NCBI GenBank assembly: GCA_965214775.1
Contig: OZ243974.1
Span: 1,952,001-2,016,000 of the forward strand
Length of the DNA stretch: 64,000 nt
Direction: 5' to 3'
Source: Nitrosopumilus sp.
GTDB lineage: Archaea; Thermoproteota; Nitrososphaeria; Nitrososphaerales; Nitrosopumilaceae
Shown: in pieces, positions 51,077 to 60,786 of the stretch
Position numbering within the stretch: the first letter of the stretch is position 1
How the letters are laid out: every line of letters starts with the position of its first letter
The notes under the pieces: generated by a model
What the model saw: the letters and a program-made list of their open reading frames with translations, nothing else
What the model was told of the DNA's origin: nothing
Database searches by the model: none
Made by a program: the position numbers and the translations under genes

Positions 51077-52028
51077 ACTGGCAGATTACAAGACTGCAGT
51101 TCACAATGACTGGTGTCCGGGATGCGGTGATTTTGGAATTGTAAATGCGTTACAAATGGCATTGGCCGAGATGGGAGTCAAGCGCGACAAGGCCGCCATT
51201 TTTTCTGGAATCGGCTGCTCGGGAAAGACGTCTCATTACATCAACACTTATGGCATTCACACGCTTCATGGACGTGTCTTGACATTTGCACAAGGCGGAA
51301 AACTGGCCAATCCTGAGATGACCGTCGTAGCTGTCGGGGGCGACGGTGATGGCCTTGGAATTGGCGCAGGACACTTTGTTGCAGCAGGAAGACGAAACGT
51401 GGACATGACTTACATCATTTTTGATAACGGGGTCTATGGTCTGACCAAGGGACAGGCGTCCCCTACTTTGAAGCTGGGAGAAAAAACAAAATCACTGCCG
51501 TCCCCAAACACAAACTACAATGTCAACCCCATAGGGCTGGCAGTTGCCAGCGGATTTACATTTGTGGCACGTGGCTACTCTTATGATGTCAGGCACCTGA
51601 AGGACTTGATTGTAAAGGCGGTAAGTCACAAGGGGCTTTCATTCCTGGACGTTTTGCAGCCCTGTCCGACTTATAACGACATCAATACGAGGGACTGGTA
51701 TGCCGGCGCTGATTTGGCCACTGATTCGATGGAACGCCATTCGAGAATCTACAAGCTTGAGGATACCCACTATGATCCCGTTGTTCATTATGCCCAGGAG
51801 GCAGAGGTAAACGAGAAACTCTCTCAGGCATTGATAAAGTCCCTTGAATGGGATACGAAAATCCCAACCGGCGTATTTTATCAAAATGAGCTGGTTTCCC
51901 CATATACTGTGAGACTGACCGATAAGATTCCGAATTATCTGGAGAATCCTCCTGCAAAGCAGAAAATTTCTGAAAATGGCTTGCCTGCAACCGACGTTTC
52001 AGGACTCCTTGACTCCCTTGAGGTTTAG
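51066..52028 (+). CDS. korB: 2-oxoacid:ferredoxin oxidoreductase beta subunit
   Basis: [36 protein letters not shown]. Confidence 0.95.
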   Translation: MALKLADYKTAVHNDWCPGCGDFGIVNALQMALAEMGVKRDKAAIFSGIGCSGKTSHYINTYGIHTLHGRVLTFAQGGKLANPEMTVVAVGGDGDGLGIGAGHFVAAGRRNVDMTYIIFDNGVYGLTKGQASPTLKLGEKTKSLPSPNTNYNVNPIGLAVASGFTFVARGYSYDVRHLKDLIVKAVSHKGLSFLDVLQPCPTYNDINTRDWYAGADLATDSMERHSRIYKLEDTHYDPVVHYAQEAEVNEKLSQALIKSLEWDTKIPTGVFYQNELVSPYTVRLTDKIPNYLENPPAKQKISENGLPATDVSGLLDSLEV

Positions 52029-52055
52029 ATGCTGCCTAACAAGTTATAGACTAGT

Positions 52056-52511
52056 TTGCCGATCCTTATTCTGTTGAATATCAACGAGGCCAACACCATT
52101 TTTAGAAGATCCATCATCAAGGGGTTCTTTGAACCCAGGCTGCTTAATTTGGATTTTAAAAAATCAAGCGTAAGGCATCCCTCCATTGGTGATGACGGCC
52201 TGATGCAGTCAGACCTTTTGCACGTGTTCTTTGATGTTGAAACCGGCTCTGACTATCCTGATGGCGATGACTGGTTTATTGTGGAGATGCTGTTTCCACA
52301 TGACATAAAACTGCCTGACAACCTAAAGGGGACCGATTATTTCACAACTCTGCCTGCGGCCGGTGAGGACAAGACATTTTGGCATCATAGGGAACTAATC
52401 CGTTACAAATATGGCAAATCCAAGAAACTGGATGACGCCTTGGAGTTCTTAGAATCAAAGTACAAGGAACTGCACAAGTTGCTTGAGCCTTTCCAAAAAG
52501 ATCTCAAGTAG
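52056..52511 (+). CDS. Conserved hypothetical protein
   Basis: 151-aa ORF with host-like composition. Confidence 0.7.
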   Translation: MPILILLNINEANTIFRRSIIKGFFEPRLLNLDFKKSSVRHPSIGDDGLMQSDLLHVFFDVETGSDYPDGDDWFIVEMLFPHDIKLPDNLKGTDYFTTLPAAGEDKTFWHHRELIRYKYGKSKKLDDALEFLESKYKELHKLLEPFQKDLK

Positions 52512-53046
52512 CCTCTTTCCAGATGTCTCCTCTGAAGACATACCTTTTGTTCTCTGAATTTGCCGTATCTAGTCTCCAACGGATTGATTCAGAATCAAAC
52601 CTGTATGCGATCTCTGAAATTCCGTCTGGCAGCTTTTCCGGATTTAGATGGTATGGCAGCAGCTCTAACACAAAATCCATCTTCTCGACTGCGTTGTCAA
52701 ACCATTGTTTGTCCTCTATGTCTATTGAAAAGATAATTTTCGGCCTTCCTGAAAAACTAATTCTTACCTTCAGTGCATTTCCGCTGCCTCTTCTCCGCTT
52801 CATCTCCTTAAAGACAGCTTTTACCTTTTCCCAACGCTTGAATTCAAACCACTGGAAAAACGCCTCATTGAACGTAAGTGGAATGTCTAGATTCAAAAAA
52901 CTGACAAAATCCTCGTCATTTTGTTCTATTTCCTCCTGAACGATTCTGAAATGAGAATTCAAAAACCCGTACAGCACTTCTATCTCCCACGGCGATACTC
53001 CATAGTATGTTAGGGTGGCAGTCAGCTCCTCTCCCTGTGATGACAT
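52504..53046 (-). CDS. Conserved hypothetical protein
   Basis: 180-aa ORF with host-like composition. Confidence 0.75.
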   Translation of the reverse strand: MSSQGEELTATLTYYGVSPWEIEVLYGFLNSHFRIVQEEIEQNDEDFVSFLNLDIPLTFNEAFFQWFEFKRWEKVKAVFKEMKRRRGSGNALKVRISFSGRPKIIFSIDIEDKQWFDNAVEKMDFVLELLPYHLNPEKLPDGISEIAYRFDSESIRWRLDTANSENKRYVFRGDIWKEAT

Positions 53047-53150
53047 TACTTTGGAGTCCCGAAATTTGTAATTAAAGCTTCAAAACCGGCGAATTTGGGT
53101 CAAATCATGCTTAAAATTAAAATTATATTGGCATTCATACAAAAGTCACT

Positions 53151-53489
53151 ATGAAGAAGGAATTTGTTGTTAGAAGCATTGATGCTGCTCCTGACGGTGC
53201 GCCATACGTGATTGTGTCTCTGTCCCCCCTCAAGGATCTTAAGGAAGGCGGAACTCAAAACCCGCAGTCCCCGTTTGGCAGTCCTAAAGTCATGGGATTT
53301 ACCAACATGAACGACATGATGAGGGATCTTAACAAAATGTTCTCTGGAATGGGCGGAGCAGGAGGAATGGGAATGCAAGGAAATGTAACTCAATTAAAGC
53401 TTGAGATGCATGAATACAGAGAGATGGGATTGTCTGTAGGCGATAAAGTCTTTCTGGACGTTGTCAAGGCTGAATCTCTGGGCGTATGA
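53151..53489 (+). CDS. Conserved hypothetical protein
   Basis: 112-aa ORF; C-terminal LSVGDKV beta motif. Confidence 0.75.
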   Translation: MKKEFVVRSIDAAPDGAPYVIVSLSPLKDLKEGGTQNPQSPFGSPKVMGFTNMNDMMRDLNKMFSGMGGAGGMGMQGNVTQLKLEMHEYREMGLSVGDKVFLDVVKAESLGV

Positions 53490-53490
53490 T

Positions 53491-54045
53491 TTACCAAACC
53501 GTGTTGATGTATTTCCAACCATAAAACGCGCCAATTGTTCCGATTACAAACAACATTGGCTTCCATGCAAATACCGGCAAACTGGGTGTTGCTAGCTTTA
53601 CCTTGTAATTGTCAACAATGGCGTTGACATTCTTCTTAATTTTGTCATGCCACATATTGTATTCGACTTGGTATTTTTTGAGAACTTCCGCCACTTCGTA
53701 AACAACCGGAGTTCTTTGCGAAAACAAATGCTGCAAATAATCCCGTGAAACCTCGACTTCTGCATGAATTCCGATCAGGCCTTTTTTGAGGTCTATCATT
53801 CTTACGTGCATTTCCCACGGTTTTTTCAATTTCAGATTTAACCCGTTTCCGATTTGATCAGGCTGCCTGTGTTCGAACTTTACTTTGGTAAATCCCTCCT
53901 CCGTAAAAATTTTCACCAATTCATCAAAACTCTTTCTTACTACGATGTAGAGTTGCTCGACACCCTCTTTGCTATCTACGTCGATTCTGTGTTTAATTCC
54001 GTCAAAAAATGAAACCGTTTTTGGATATGTTGTAAGATACTCCAT
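53491..54045 (-). CDS. Conserved hypothetical membrane-anchored protein
   Basis: 184-aa ORF with C-terminal TM; TTTAAATA box upstream. Confidence 0.75.
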   Translation of the reverse strand: MEYLTTYPKTVSFFDGIKHRIDVDSKEGVEQLYIVVRKSFDELVKIFTEEGFTKVKFEHRQPDQIGNGLNLKLKKPWEMHVRMIDLKKGLIGIHAEVEVSRDYLQHLFSQRTPVVYEVAEVLKKYQVEYNMWHDKIKKNVNAIVDNYKVKLATPSLPVFAWKPMLFVIGTIGAFYGWKYINTVW

Positions 54046-54097
54046 GGTTTGCCACCAAAATACCTCTATTTAAAGCAGAACCACTTGTTCATTAGAC

Positions 54098-55249
54098 TGT
54101 GGGATCCAGAAAGTAGTTCGCCCCCCCTTATTTGACATCATACTCCTCTCCTGTCTGCCCGTCAATAACGGTTTCCCCCTCCTTGGGCATCTTTCTGAGA
54201 AATGCCTGCGCGGGCGTCTCCTGATTGTCCCAGTCCAGCGACCTGTGGGGCCTGTCATGATTGTACCACTGCATGAACAGGTCTATCGGGTCGCTTTTTC
54301 TCATCATGATCTCCTCGAACTCGTGCAGCTTGCGCTGGATCTCCCCGTGGAGGCGCTCGACCTTTCCGTTGGTCTGGGGTCGTCCCACGCCTGCCAGGAT
54401 CTGCCGTATTCCCAGTTCTGTCAGTTTCTTTTCAAACTCGCCTTCGCCCCTCTTTTTTGCCGTCTCTTTCTCGTTGGCATAGAACTGGCTGCCGTGGTCT
54501 GTCATGATCGAGGCCGGCTTGCCGTGCTTTTCTATTGCCGTCTCAAGCACTGCCAGGGCGTTTTTGGTCGTGGCATTATCAAAGATGCCATATCCGGTCA
54601 CAAACCTGGAGGCATCGTCCTCGTAGCACAGGAACCATCTGCCGTCGTGCATTCCGCCGTGGATCTGCTTCCAGTCTGTATGCCACAGCGAGTTTGAGTG
54701 ATCGCGCTCGTAGCGGACCCACCTGTACCTTGTACCCTTGCTGGGCTGCGCCTCTGCCATCTCCTCGTCCCTCAGTATCTTGTGTATGATGCCGTGCGGG
54801 ATATGGATTCCGGTCTGATTCGCTATGCGCTGCTGCAGTCCTGCAGTCCCCATGTGCTCTGCATGTCTGGCAGACATGACTGCAGAGTGCTCCCTGCGTC
54901 CGGGCAGACCGTTCTGGGGCCTTCCCATTGGCGCAGGATGCGATATTTCGCTTGCCGCAGGGCAGCCTTTGTGCCTGGCCCACAGCTTCTGGACCCACCG
55001 TACTGTCACGTCCATGGTTCCGGCTATCTGGGCGTTGGTAAGCTCGCCCTTTTTCTTTTCTTTCACTATCCATTGTACTTGGCTTTTCTCTAGCTTCATG
55101 CCGTTTGGGTGCTCAAGACTCACGTATTTACGGAGCTTTCGTCGCCAGACCCACACACCTGTACTTCCAGTGTGGGTCAGGCTTGCACATCTGCTCCTGA
55201 CCGACTTTACACACTCGGAGAAGGGGTGAACTACTTTTTGGACTATACA
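54098..55249 (-). mobile_element. IS481-family element, transposase 54128-55099
   Basis: TGT..ACA imperfect TIRs of about 27 bp; perfect 16-bp duplication CACTTGTTCATTAGAC (54082-54097, 55250-55265); WHTDW, EDDASR, TDHGSQF, PQTNGKVER. Confidence 0.95.
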
Positions 55250-55881
55250 CACTTGTTCATTAGACTGGGATCCAAAAAGCAGTTTGTTACTCCTACTCTC
55301 CCTTCTCCTCTTGACAATACATCTCATTTCATTTCATTTCTGAGAAGTGCTTTGAAATCAGCAGACTCGGATCATGCATAGGCAAACTTGCATCAAATCG
55401 ATTAAAATAATGCCTGCAAGTGGCAAGCTGCCTGCATGTAAAATTACTTGGTAATCGTACGGAAAAATCCGGACACTTGCACGGTCTCTGATTTCGGATC
55501 ATCTTTAGGGTCTACGGTTTGTGTTTGGGAGAAACTTGCCCTTCTTTGGGATGTGTATCTCTTGTTTGCTCATACACACCAGTCTTTCCAAAATAACTGA
55601 ATCGTGGTGGCGCAAGAGGAGGTGATACGCGGATCTGCAGGCGGCCTCCTTTGAGTTATTTCTAGCTTGGAATAATGTTTGGTGTGGCACTTGTGTTGTG
55701 GAAAGAAGACGGCAGGTCGGGTTGCTGTGACATGTAGGCACGAGTTTTATTGCAATGGATTTGACCGTGGCTGAAAACCGTGGCGATCCGGCCGACTTGG
55801 CGGATTTCTTGCAAACAGAAAACCCGAGCAACGATCTTGGCCCGGATGCAAGCCCCTAGTCCGGAGAAGATCGTATCCCGG

Positions 55882-56016
55882 AGAGGTGATCCGAAATTAG
55901 AAACAGTGCGAATTTTTCATGTAATTTCAAATGGTTTGTATTTTGTTGGTGTTTTGAGCCGTTCTATGCAAATTCGTTCACAAGTAATCAGAGTTTGCTA
56001 ATTTCGAATCAACTCT
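55882..56016. mobile_element. 135-bp MITE carrying the ends of the 29302-30456 IS5 element
   Basis: Ends AGAGGTGATCCGAAATTAG and CTAATTTCGAATCAACTCT are identical to the IS5 TIRs; 3-bp CGG duplication. Confidence 0.88.
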
Positions 56017-56082
56017 CGGGCCTCTGAGATTACAGGGCAGATCAGCATTATGCTTATGAGGCCCGATGTGACAGGGCTACAC

Positions 56083-59000
56083 ATGATAATCCTGCATGCA
56101 TGCCTATCTGGCGGATCCTTGGATCTCTGGGGCGAGGCAGAAGACGACGGCAGGACGCGCGCTCCGACGTCCAAGAGAGTCATAGGCAGGATGCATCCGT
56201 ACTCGGCAACTAGGAGCGAGATCAGGGACGCGTTTGTCTCACATGGGATCAAGATCGGCAGGGATATTTCCCCGTCCTCCGGTGTGTGGCTTCCAAGTGC
56301 AGACGGCAGACCTATCCGATCCGATGATACGGGGCGGCGGCCCGGATCCTCCCTGTCACAGTGGGTAGTCGAGACCGTTGACATGTCGGTGAGGGATACA
56401 GTACTGCTCCTCTCCTGGGTTCTCCGGGGCATGGACACGGTGGCCGGAATGACAGTCGGTGCGGATCTGGCATACTGGGCATGTGTCATGCGTTTTGCGG
56501 GATCCCTGGTGGCACGCCAGAGATTCCTGCCAGACATGCAGCCTGACTATGATGAGTTCCTCGCATGGTGGAGACCTGTCTTCTCGGAAGGGGATCGCAC
56601 GCGACTGGTCACCATGGCAGGACTCATGCCGGCGGCGGCGCGGGCGATGGGTGATGGCACCAGAGCCCGGCCCAAGATAGCCCCCATAACAGCGCTCAAG
56701 TCGTTCATAGACACACTTGTCAATCACATGATATACTGGGCGTCGTCAGTCTCGGTGACGCCCGGATACGCCAAGCAGAAGCGCTTTAAGATGATCCACG
56801 ACGAGTGGATCCACGGCCTGACGACGGCACATAGCGGCATAGAGATCTCATCAAACAGCCTTGATCTTGCAAAATACATACGCGAGTGGATGAAGGCGAC
56901 CGATACCCTAGAGGATCCCTCCATGAGAATGTGTATCCGGATAGAGGAGCCCGGGGAGGACAAGGTGCAGAGCGGGCAGTGGTCAGTCAAATATTTCGTA
57001 CAGTACCGCACGGATCCAGACAGGATGGTACCTGCCGACAAGGTGCTGGACAGCGGGTTTTCCGCGCCAGACGGTGTGCATGTCAGGGGATTTCTGCTCA
57101 GGTCACTAGGACATGCGTCTGTCATCTCTGCCGGGATCGCCGCCGGACTGAAGAGTGGCGGGGCAGGCGGATACGAGACCGATACTGCCGGGGCATACAG
57201 ATTCCTGCGCGAGGAGGCACCTATTCTAGAGCAGTCCGGATTCGGCATCGAGACGCCGGAGTGGTGGTCCGGCAGCGGCGCTACGACGAGGCTCTCGGCA
57301 CATGCGACCGTGAGAGGAAGCGGGGCGCGGACCGGCGGGATGCTGGATCTGAACTCCTCTGTCGGACTCGACTGGAGACTGGACATTGGAGGGAGCGCCG
57401 TCACGCCAAACCGACTGCGGGATATTGCCGGGTCGGATGTGCCGCTGGTCAGCGTGCACGGCAGGTGGGTCGACACCGGATCAGGGCAGGTCAGGCGCGC
57501 GGCCGACTTTATCGCCGACAGATCCGCCATGACGGTTCGCAACTGCATCATGACTGGACTGGGAACCGGCGCCGCGCCCGACTGGATGGATGTCAAGATC
57601 TCAGGCGGCCGGATCGGGAACACGATAGAGGCACTCAGGGGGGACAGAACCATGGCGGAGCTGCCCCAGCCGGACGGGTTTTCAGGCACCCTCCGACCGT
57701 ACCAGATCCGCGGCTATTCATGGATGTCGTTTCTGCAGGAGACAGGCCTAGGAGGGTGCCTGGCAGATGACATGGGACTGGGCAAGACGGTTCAGGTACT
57801 TGCGCTGATCCAGCGGCATGTCTCCGGCGCAGCCGGCCGCCACCGCAGCCGGCCGGTACTCGTAGTCTGCCCGACATCGGTCATAGACAACTGGAAGAAG
57901 GAGGCATCCAGGTTCGCACCTGGGCTGTCTGTCATGATACACCACGGCACCGGCCGTAAAAAGGACGACGCGTTTGCAACAGAGTCCGAAAGGCACGACA
58001 TTGTGATAACCAGTTACGGGCTGATGCAGCGAGACGTAGAGTTCGTCCGAAAGATGCAGTGGGAAGGAGTCATCCTTGATGAGGCACAGAACATCAGGAA
58101 CCCGAGCACCGGACATGCGCGCGCCGCAAGATCGCTTGAGGCGGGATTCAAATTTGCACTGACGGGAACACCCGTAGAGAACAACGTCGGAGACCTCTGG
58201 TCGATAATGGAATTCCTCAATCCAGGGTTGCTCGGCACCCGGGCCCAGTTCCGGCGGAACTTTCTTACCCCGATACAGAAGGGGCGGGATGTGGCAGCCA
58301 TCAAAACGCTTAGGAAAATGACCGGCCCGTTCATACTGCGCAGACTCAAGACCGACAGGTCAGTCATCTCTGATCTGCCAGAAAAGATGGAATCTGACGT
58401 ATACTGCCCGCTGACTCGCGAGCAGGTATCCCTGTATGAGGCCGTGCTCGTGGGACTTGAGAAGGGCTTGCATGATGCAGACGGCATACGGCGGAAGGGC
58501 ATGATCCTGGCCACGCTGACCAAACTCAAACAGGTCTGCAACCATCCTGCACACTTTCTCAAGGACGGCTCGGCAGTACCGGGCAGATCCGGCAAGCTGG
58601 AAAGGCTAATGGAGATGCTTGTGGAGGTCACAGAATCCGGCGGGCAGGCACTTGTGTTCACCCAGTTTGTAGAGATGGGCAAGATCCTGCAGAGGCACAT
58701 ATGTGATACGCTAGGCTGCAAAGTGTCGTTCCTGCACGGGGGCACGACGAGAGGGCAGCGGAGCGCCATGGTTGACAGGTTCCAGAGAGGCGGGGACATG
58801 GTGCTCATAGTCTCGCTCAAGGCCGGCGGCACGGGTCTCAACCTGACGGCGGCAGGCCACGTGTTCCACTTTGATCGGTGGTGGAACCCAGCAGTAGAGG
58901 ATCAGGCCACTGACAGGGCGTTTCGCATAGGGCAGAGGCACAACGTGCAGGTATACAGGATGGTGTGCTCGGGTACGATGGAGGAAAGGATAGCGGAGCT

Positions 59001-59124
59001 GATGCGCCGCAAGCGGGAGGTGGCCGCAGAGGTCGTCGATGCGGGCGAGGGCTGGCTGACGAATCTCTCCGACGCGGAGATCCGTGACGTGCTGGCCCTG
59101 AGTGGGGAGGCAGTCCGGATGTGA
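56083..59124 (+). CDS. SNF2-family helicase/ATPase
   Basis: LRPYQ, LADDMGLGKT, LDEAQ, LTGTPVEN, LRRLK, FTQF, SLKAGGTGLNL, DRWWNPAVEDQATDRAFRIGQ. Confidence 0.95.
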   Translation: MIILHACLSGGSLDLWGEAEDDGRTRAPTSKRVIGRMHPYSATRSEIRDAFVSHGIKIGRDISPSSGVWLPSADGRPIRSDDTGRRPGSSLSQWVVETVDMSVRDTVLLLSWVLRGMDTVAGMTVGADLAYWACVMRFAGSLVARQRFLPDMQPDYDEFLAWWRPVFSEGDRTRLVTMAGLMPAAARAMGDGTRARPKIAPITALKSFIDTLVNHMIYWASSVSVTPGYAKQKRFKMIHDEWIHGLTTAHSGIEISSNSLDLAKYIREWMKATDTLEDPSMRMCIRIEEPGEDKVQSGQWSVKYFVQYRTDPDRMVPADKVLDSGFSAPDGVHVRGFLLRSLGHASVISAGIAAGLKSGGAGGYETDTAGAYRFLREEAPILEQSGFGIETPEWWSGSGATTRLSAHATVRGSGARTGGMLDLNSSVGLDWRLDIGGSAVTPNRLRDIAGSDVPLVSVHGRWVDTGSGQVRRAADFIADRSAMTVRNCIMTGLGTGAAPDWMDVKISGGRIGNTIEALRGDRTMAELPQPDGFSGTLRPYQIRGYSWMSFLQETGLGGCLADDMGLGKTVQVLALIQRHVSGAAGRHRSRPVLVVCPTSVIDNWKKEASRFAPGLSVMIHHGTGRKKDDAFATESERHDIVITSYGLMQRDVEFVRKMQWEGVILDEAQNIRNPSTGHARAARSLEAGFKFALTGTPVENNVGDLWSIMEFLNPGLLGTRAQFRRNFLTPIQKGRDVAAIKTLRKMTGPFILRRLKTDRSVISDLPEKMESDVYCPLTREQVSLYEAVLVGLEKGLHDADGIRRKGMILATLTKLKQVCNHPAHFLKDGSAVPGRSGKLERLMEMLVEVTESGGQALVFTQFVEMGKILQRHICDTLGCKVSFLHGGTTRGQRSAMVDRFQRGGDMVLIVSLKAGGTGLNLTAAGHVFHFDRWWNPAVEDQATDRAFRIGQRHNVQVYRMVCSGTMEERIAELMRRKREVAAEVVDAGEGWLTNLSDAEIRDVLALSGEAVRM

Positions 59125-59978
59125 TTTTCGGGAGACACTACTGGTATCAGCAGTACCACAGAATATGGAAAGATATAGAGCAGTCTCTGATCGGCCGGCC
59201 GCACGCGGGTCCGTGGGCGTGGCGCTGGATGGAGGATCTGGATCCGGGTGCCGTGGCGCGGGCGCGGGGCTGTCGCGTGACGGACATTGCTATAAGGGAT
59301 GGATATGTGACAACCTTTGCTGAGGATCCCGAGACGTATTGCGATGTCGATATCAAGATTGGGGAGATAGACGGATCAAGCTGGACGAAAGTCGCAAGGT
59401 CGCTGCCCGTGCATCCGTCAGTCGCATCGGCGCTCCTTGCAGGCAGGATGCCTGATGATATTGAGAATCTCTTCAAGAATACAGGACTGCCCCTACTACC
59501 ACACAGATCCGATATGGAGATAGGATACACATGCGGGGAGGGGCCTGGCATGTGCAGGCACGCGATGACCGTCTTTGTTCTGCTTGCCGAGGAGATCGAA
59601 CTGGATCCCTTTTTGCTCTTTGAGCTGCGCGGTTGCGATACAGACAAACTGGCCAGGGAGGCCGGGTTCAGTCCGGATCTCATCGAAAGCCCGAACTGGG
59701 GGTACGAGTACGAGCCTGACTGGGATAGGGATCCCGACATGAAGGCGACTGAGCAACTTCCAGAGGACCATGACGTGTTCTGGGGACGCAAGACGGGTCC
59801 ATGCGATCCGGGAGACGCGTTCGTCCCGGCAGTACATGCCGCGCTGCCAAGGCAGCTTGGCAGGTTCCCTTTTTGGGCAGGGAGCGGTGACTTTGTGGGC
59901 ATCATGGAGCGCATATACCGGGACGCCTCAAGAACCGGCATGGGGGTGTTCCGGGGAGAGCCGGGCAGCGAGGTCTGA
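59121..59978 (+). CDS. SWIM zinc-finger family protein (SNF2 partner), first ligand degenerate
   Basis: LLAGRMP..LLP..YTC....MCRH..DPFLLFELRG. Confidence 0.8.
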   Translation: MIFGRHYWYQQYHRIWKDIEQSLIGRPHAGPWAWRWMEDLDPGAVARARGCRVTDIAIRDGYVTTFAEDPETYCDVDIKIGEIDGSSWTKVARSLPVHPSVASALLAGRMPDDIENLFKNTGLPLLPHRSDMEIGYTCGEGPGMCRHAMTVFVLLAEEIELDPFLLFELRGCDTDKLAREAGFSPDLIESPNWGYEYEPDWDRDPDMKATEQLPEDHDVFWGRKTGPCDPGDAFVPAVHAALPRQLGRFPFWAGSGDFVGIMERIYRDASRTGMGVFRGEPGSEV

Positions 59979-60040
59979 GTAGCAGCAGCAGCAGGACAGC
60001 TGCGGACGGGGCACTTGATTTCTAATTTCGGATCACCTCT
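59976..60040 (+). mobile_element. Isolated IS5 right end
   Basis: About 65 bp similar to 30395-30456 including CTAATTTCGGATCACCTCT. Confidence 0.85.
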
Positions 60041-60105
60041 CTGTGATACTCTGCAGATGACCCGCTTTTCAGAACCAGATCAACCCATAACAGGCATTTA
60101 CCGCA

Positions 60106-60452
60106 TCAGTCCTTGCCGTATGCTGACTTGTGGTCGCACACTCGCATCAGATCTGTTATCTTTTGAGAGTATCTTATGCCAAAGATCATATCATGTATAG
60201 CAACGGGCAGAAGTCTTTGAGTCAAAGTAGGTCATAACTACACGTAAAAAACCTCAATTATTTCTGCTCGTTGCTATATTTCCCGATCTTGTATGCAAAA
60301 ACACTCGTGCCTGGTTTGCAAACCCCTAAATCAGAAGGGTTTTCCGAATTGGTAAGTTCTTCTAACGGATTGTTGATGCGTTTTTTCGTTTGCAGATCTA
60401 GTCGTTTAAACTGCTTCAGAAATTTGGATCTACGGTAAAAATCCCACGTTAT
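60106..60452 (-). pseudogene. RelE/ParE-like toxin pseudogene
   Basis: TWDFYRRSKFLKQFKRLDLQTKKRI..ENP..YKIGK [MITE] MIFGIRY..RVCDHKSAY; start codon absent (ATA). Confidence 0.65.
60196..60278. mobile_element. 83-bp IS630-derived MITE
   Basis: TA-flanked; both ends match about 29 bp of the 39485-40599 IS630 ends. Confidence 0.85.
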
Positions 60453-60577
60453 CGTTCGTTGAGTTCTTCCAAGAGTTCTTCAAGAGTTCTGGTTTCCCCG
60501 TTATCACTGTCTCTGAATTCCTCAACATCTCTGATCTCCTCTGGTGTCAAGTCATCTGTCTGTCTTGTCTTTGACAT
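60449..60577 (-). CDS. Small acidic antitoxin-like protein (42 aa)
   Basis: MSKTRQTDDLTPEEIRDVEEF..TLEELLEELNER; directly upstream of and overlapping the RelE-like remnant; TTTAAA box upstream. Confidence 0.6.
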   Translation of the reverse strand: MSKTRQTDDLTPEEIRDVEEFRDSDNGETRTLEELLEELNER

Positions 60578-60618
60578 GTTTTTCTGTATTTTGCGTACTT
60601 TAAAAATATGTTATACAG

Positions 60619-60739
60619 CAGTCTTCCCAGAAGTAATCCGGAAAACGGCTCCGGATTTGAAGCAGACCAAGTTATGACACCTGCAGGTTCACCCGTCGCC
60701 ATTTGCACAGTCATGAATCACGTACCTCTGGGAATATTA
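60619..60739. mobile_element. MITE (CAG-ended family), copy 2
   Basis: Homologous to 44354-44473; 5-bp TACAG duplication; right TIR decayed. Confidence 0.8.
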
Positions 60740-60786
60740 TACAGAAAACAAATTTGGACAACTGCCCATCACCTGCCTGCCAAATT

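Noticed and set aside
54082-55265. Casposon suggested by the long target duplication
   Set aside because: Only 1.15 kb, encodes a DDE IS481 transposase, and has no Cas1 or PolB
56083-59124. Helicase as Cas3 or other effector for the orphan array
   Set aside because: Motifs are SNF2, there is no HD domain, and it lies 30 kb away with a SWIM partner
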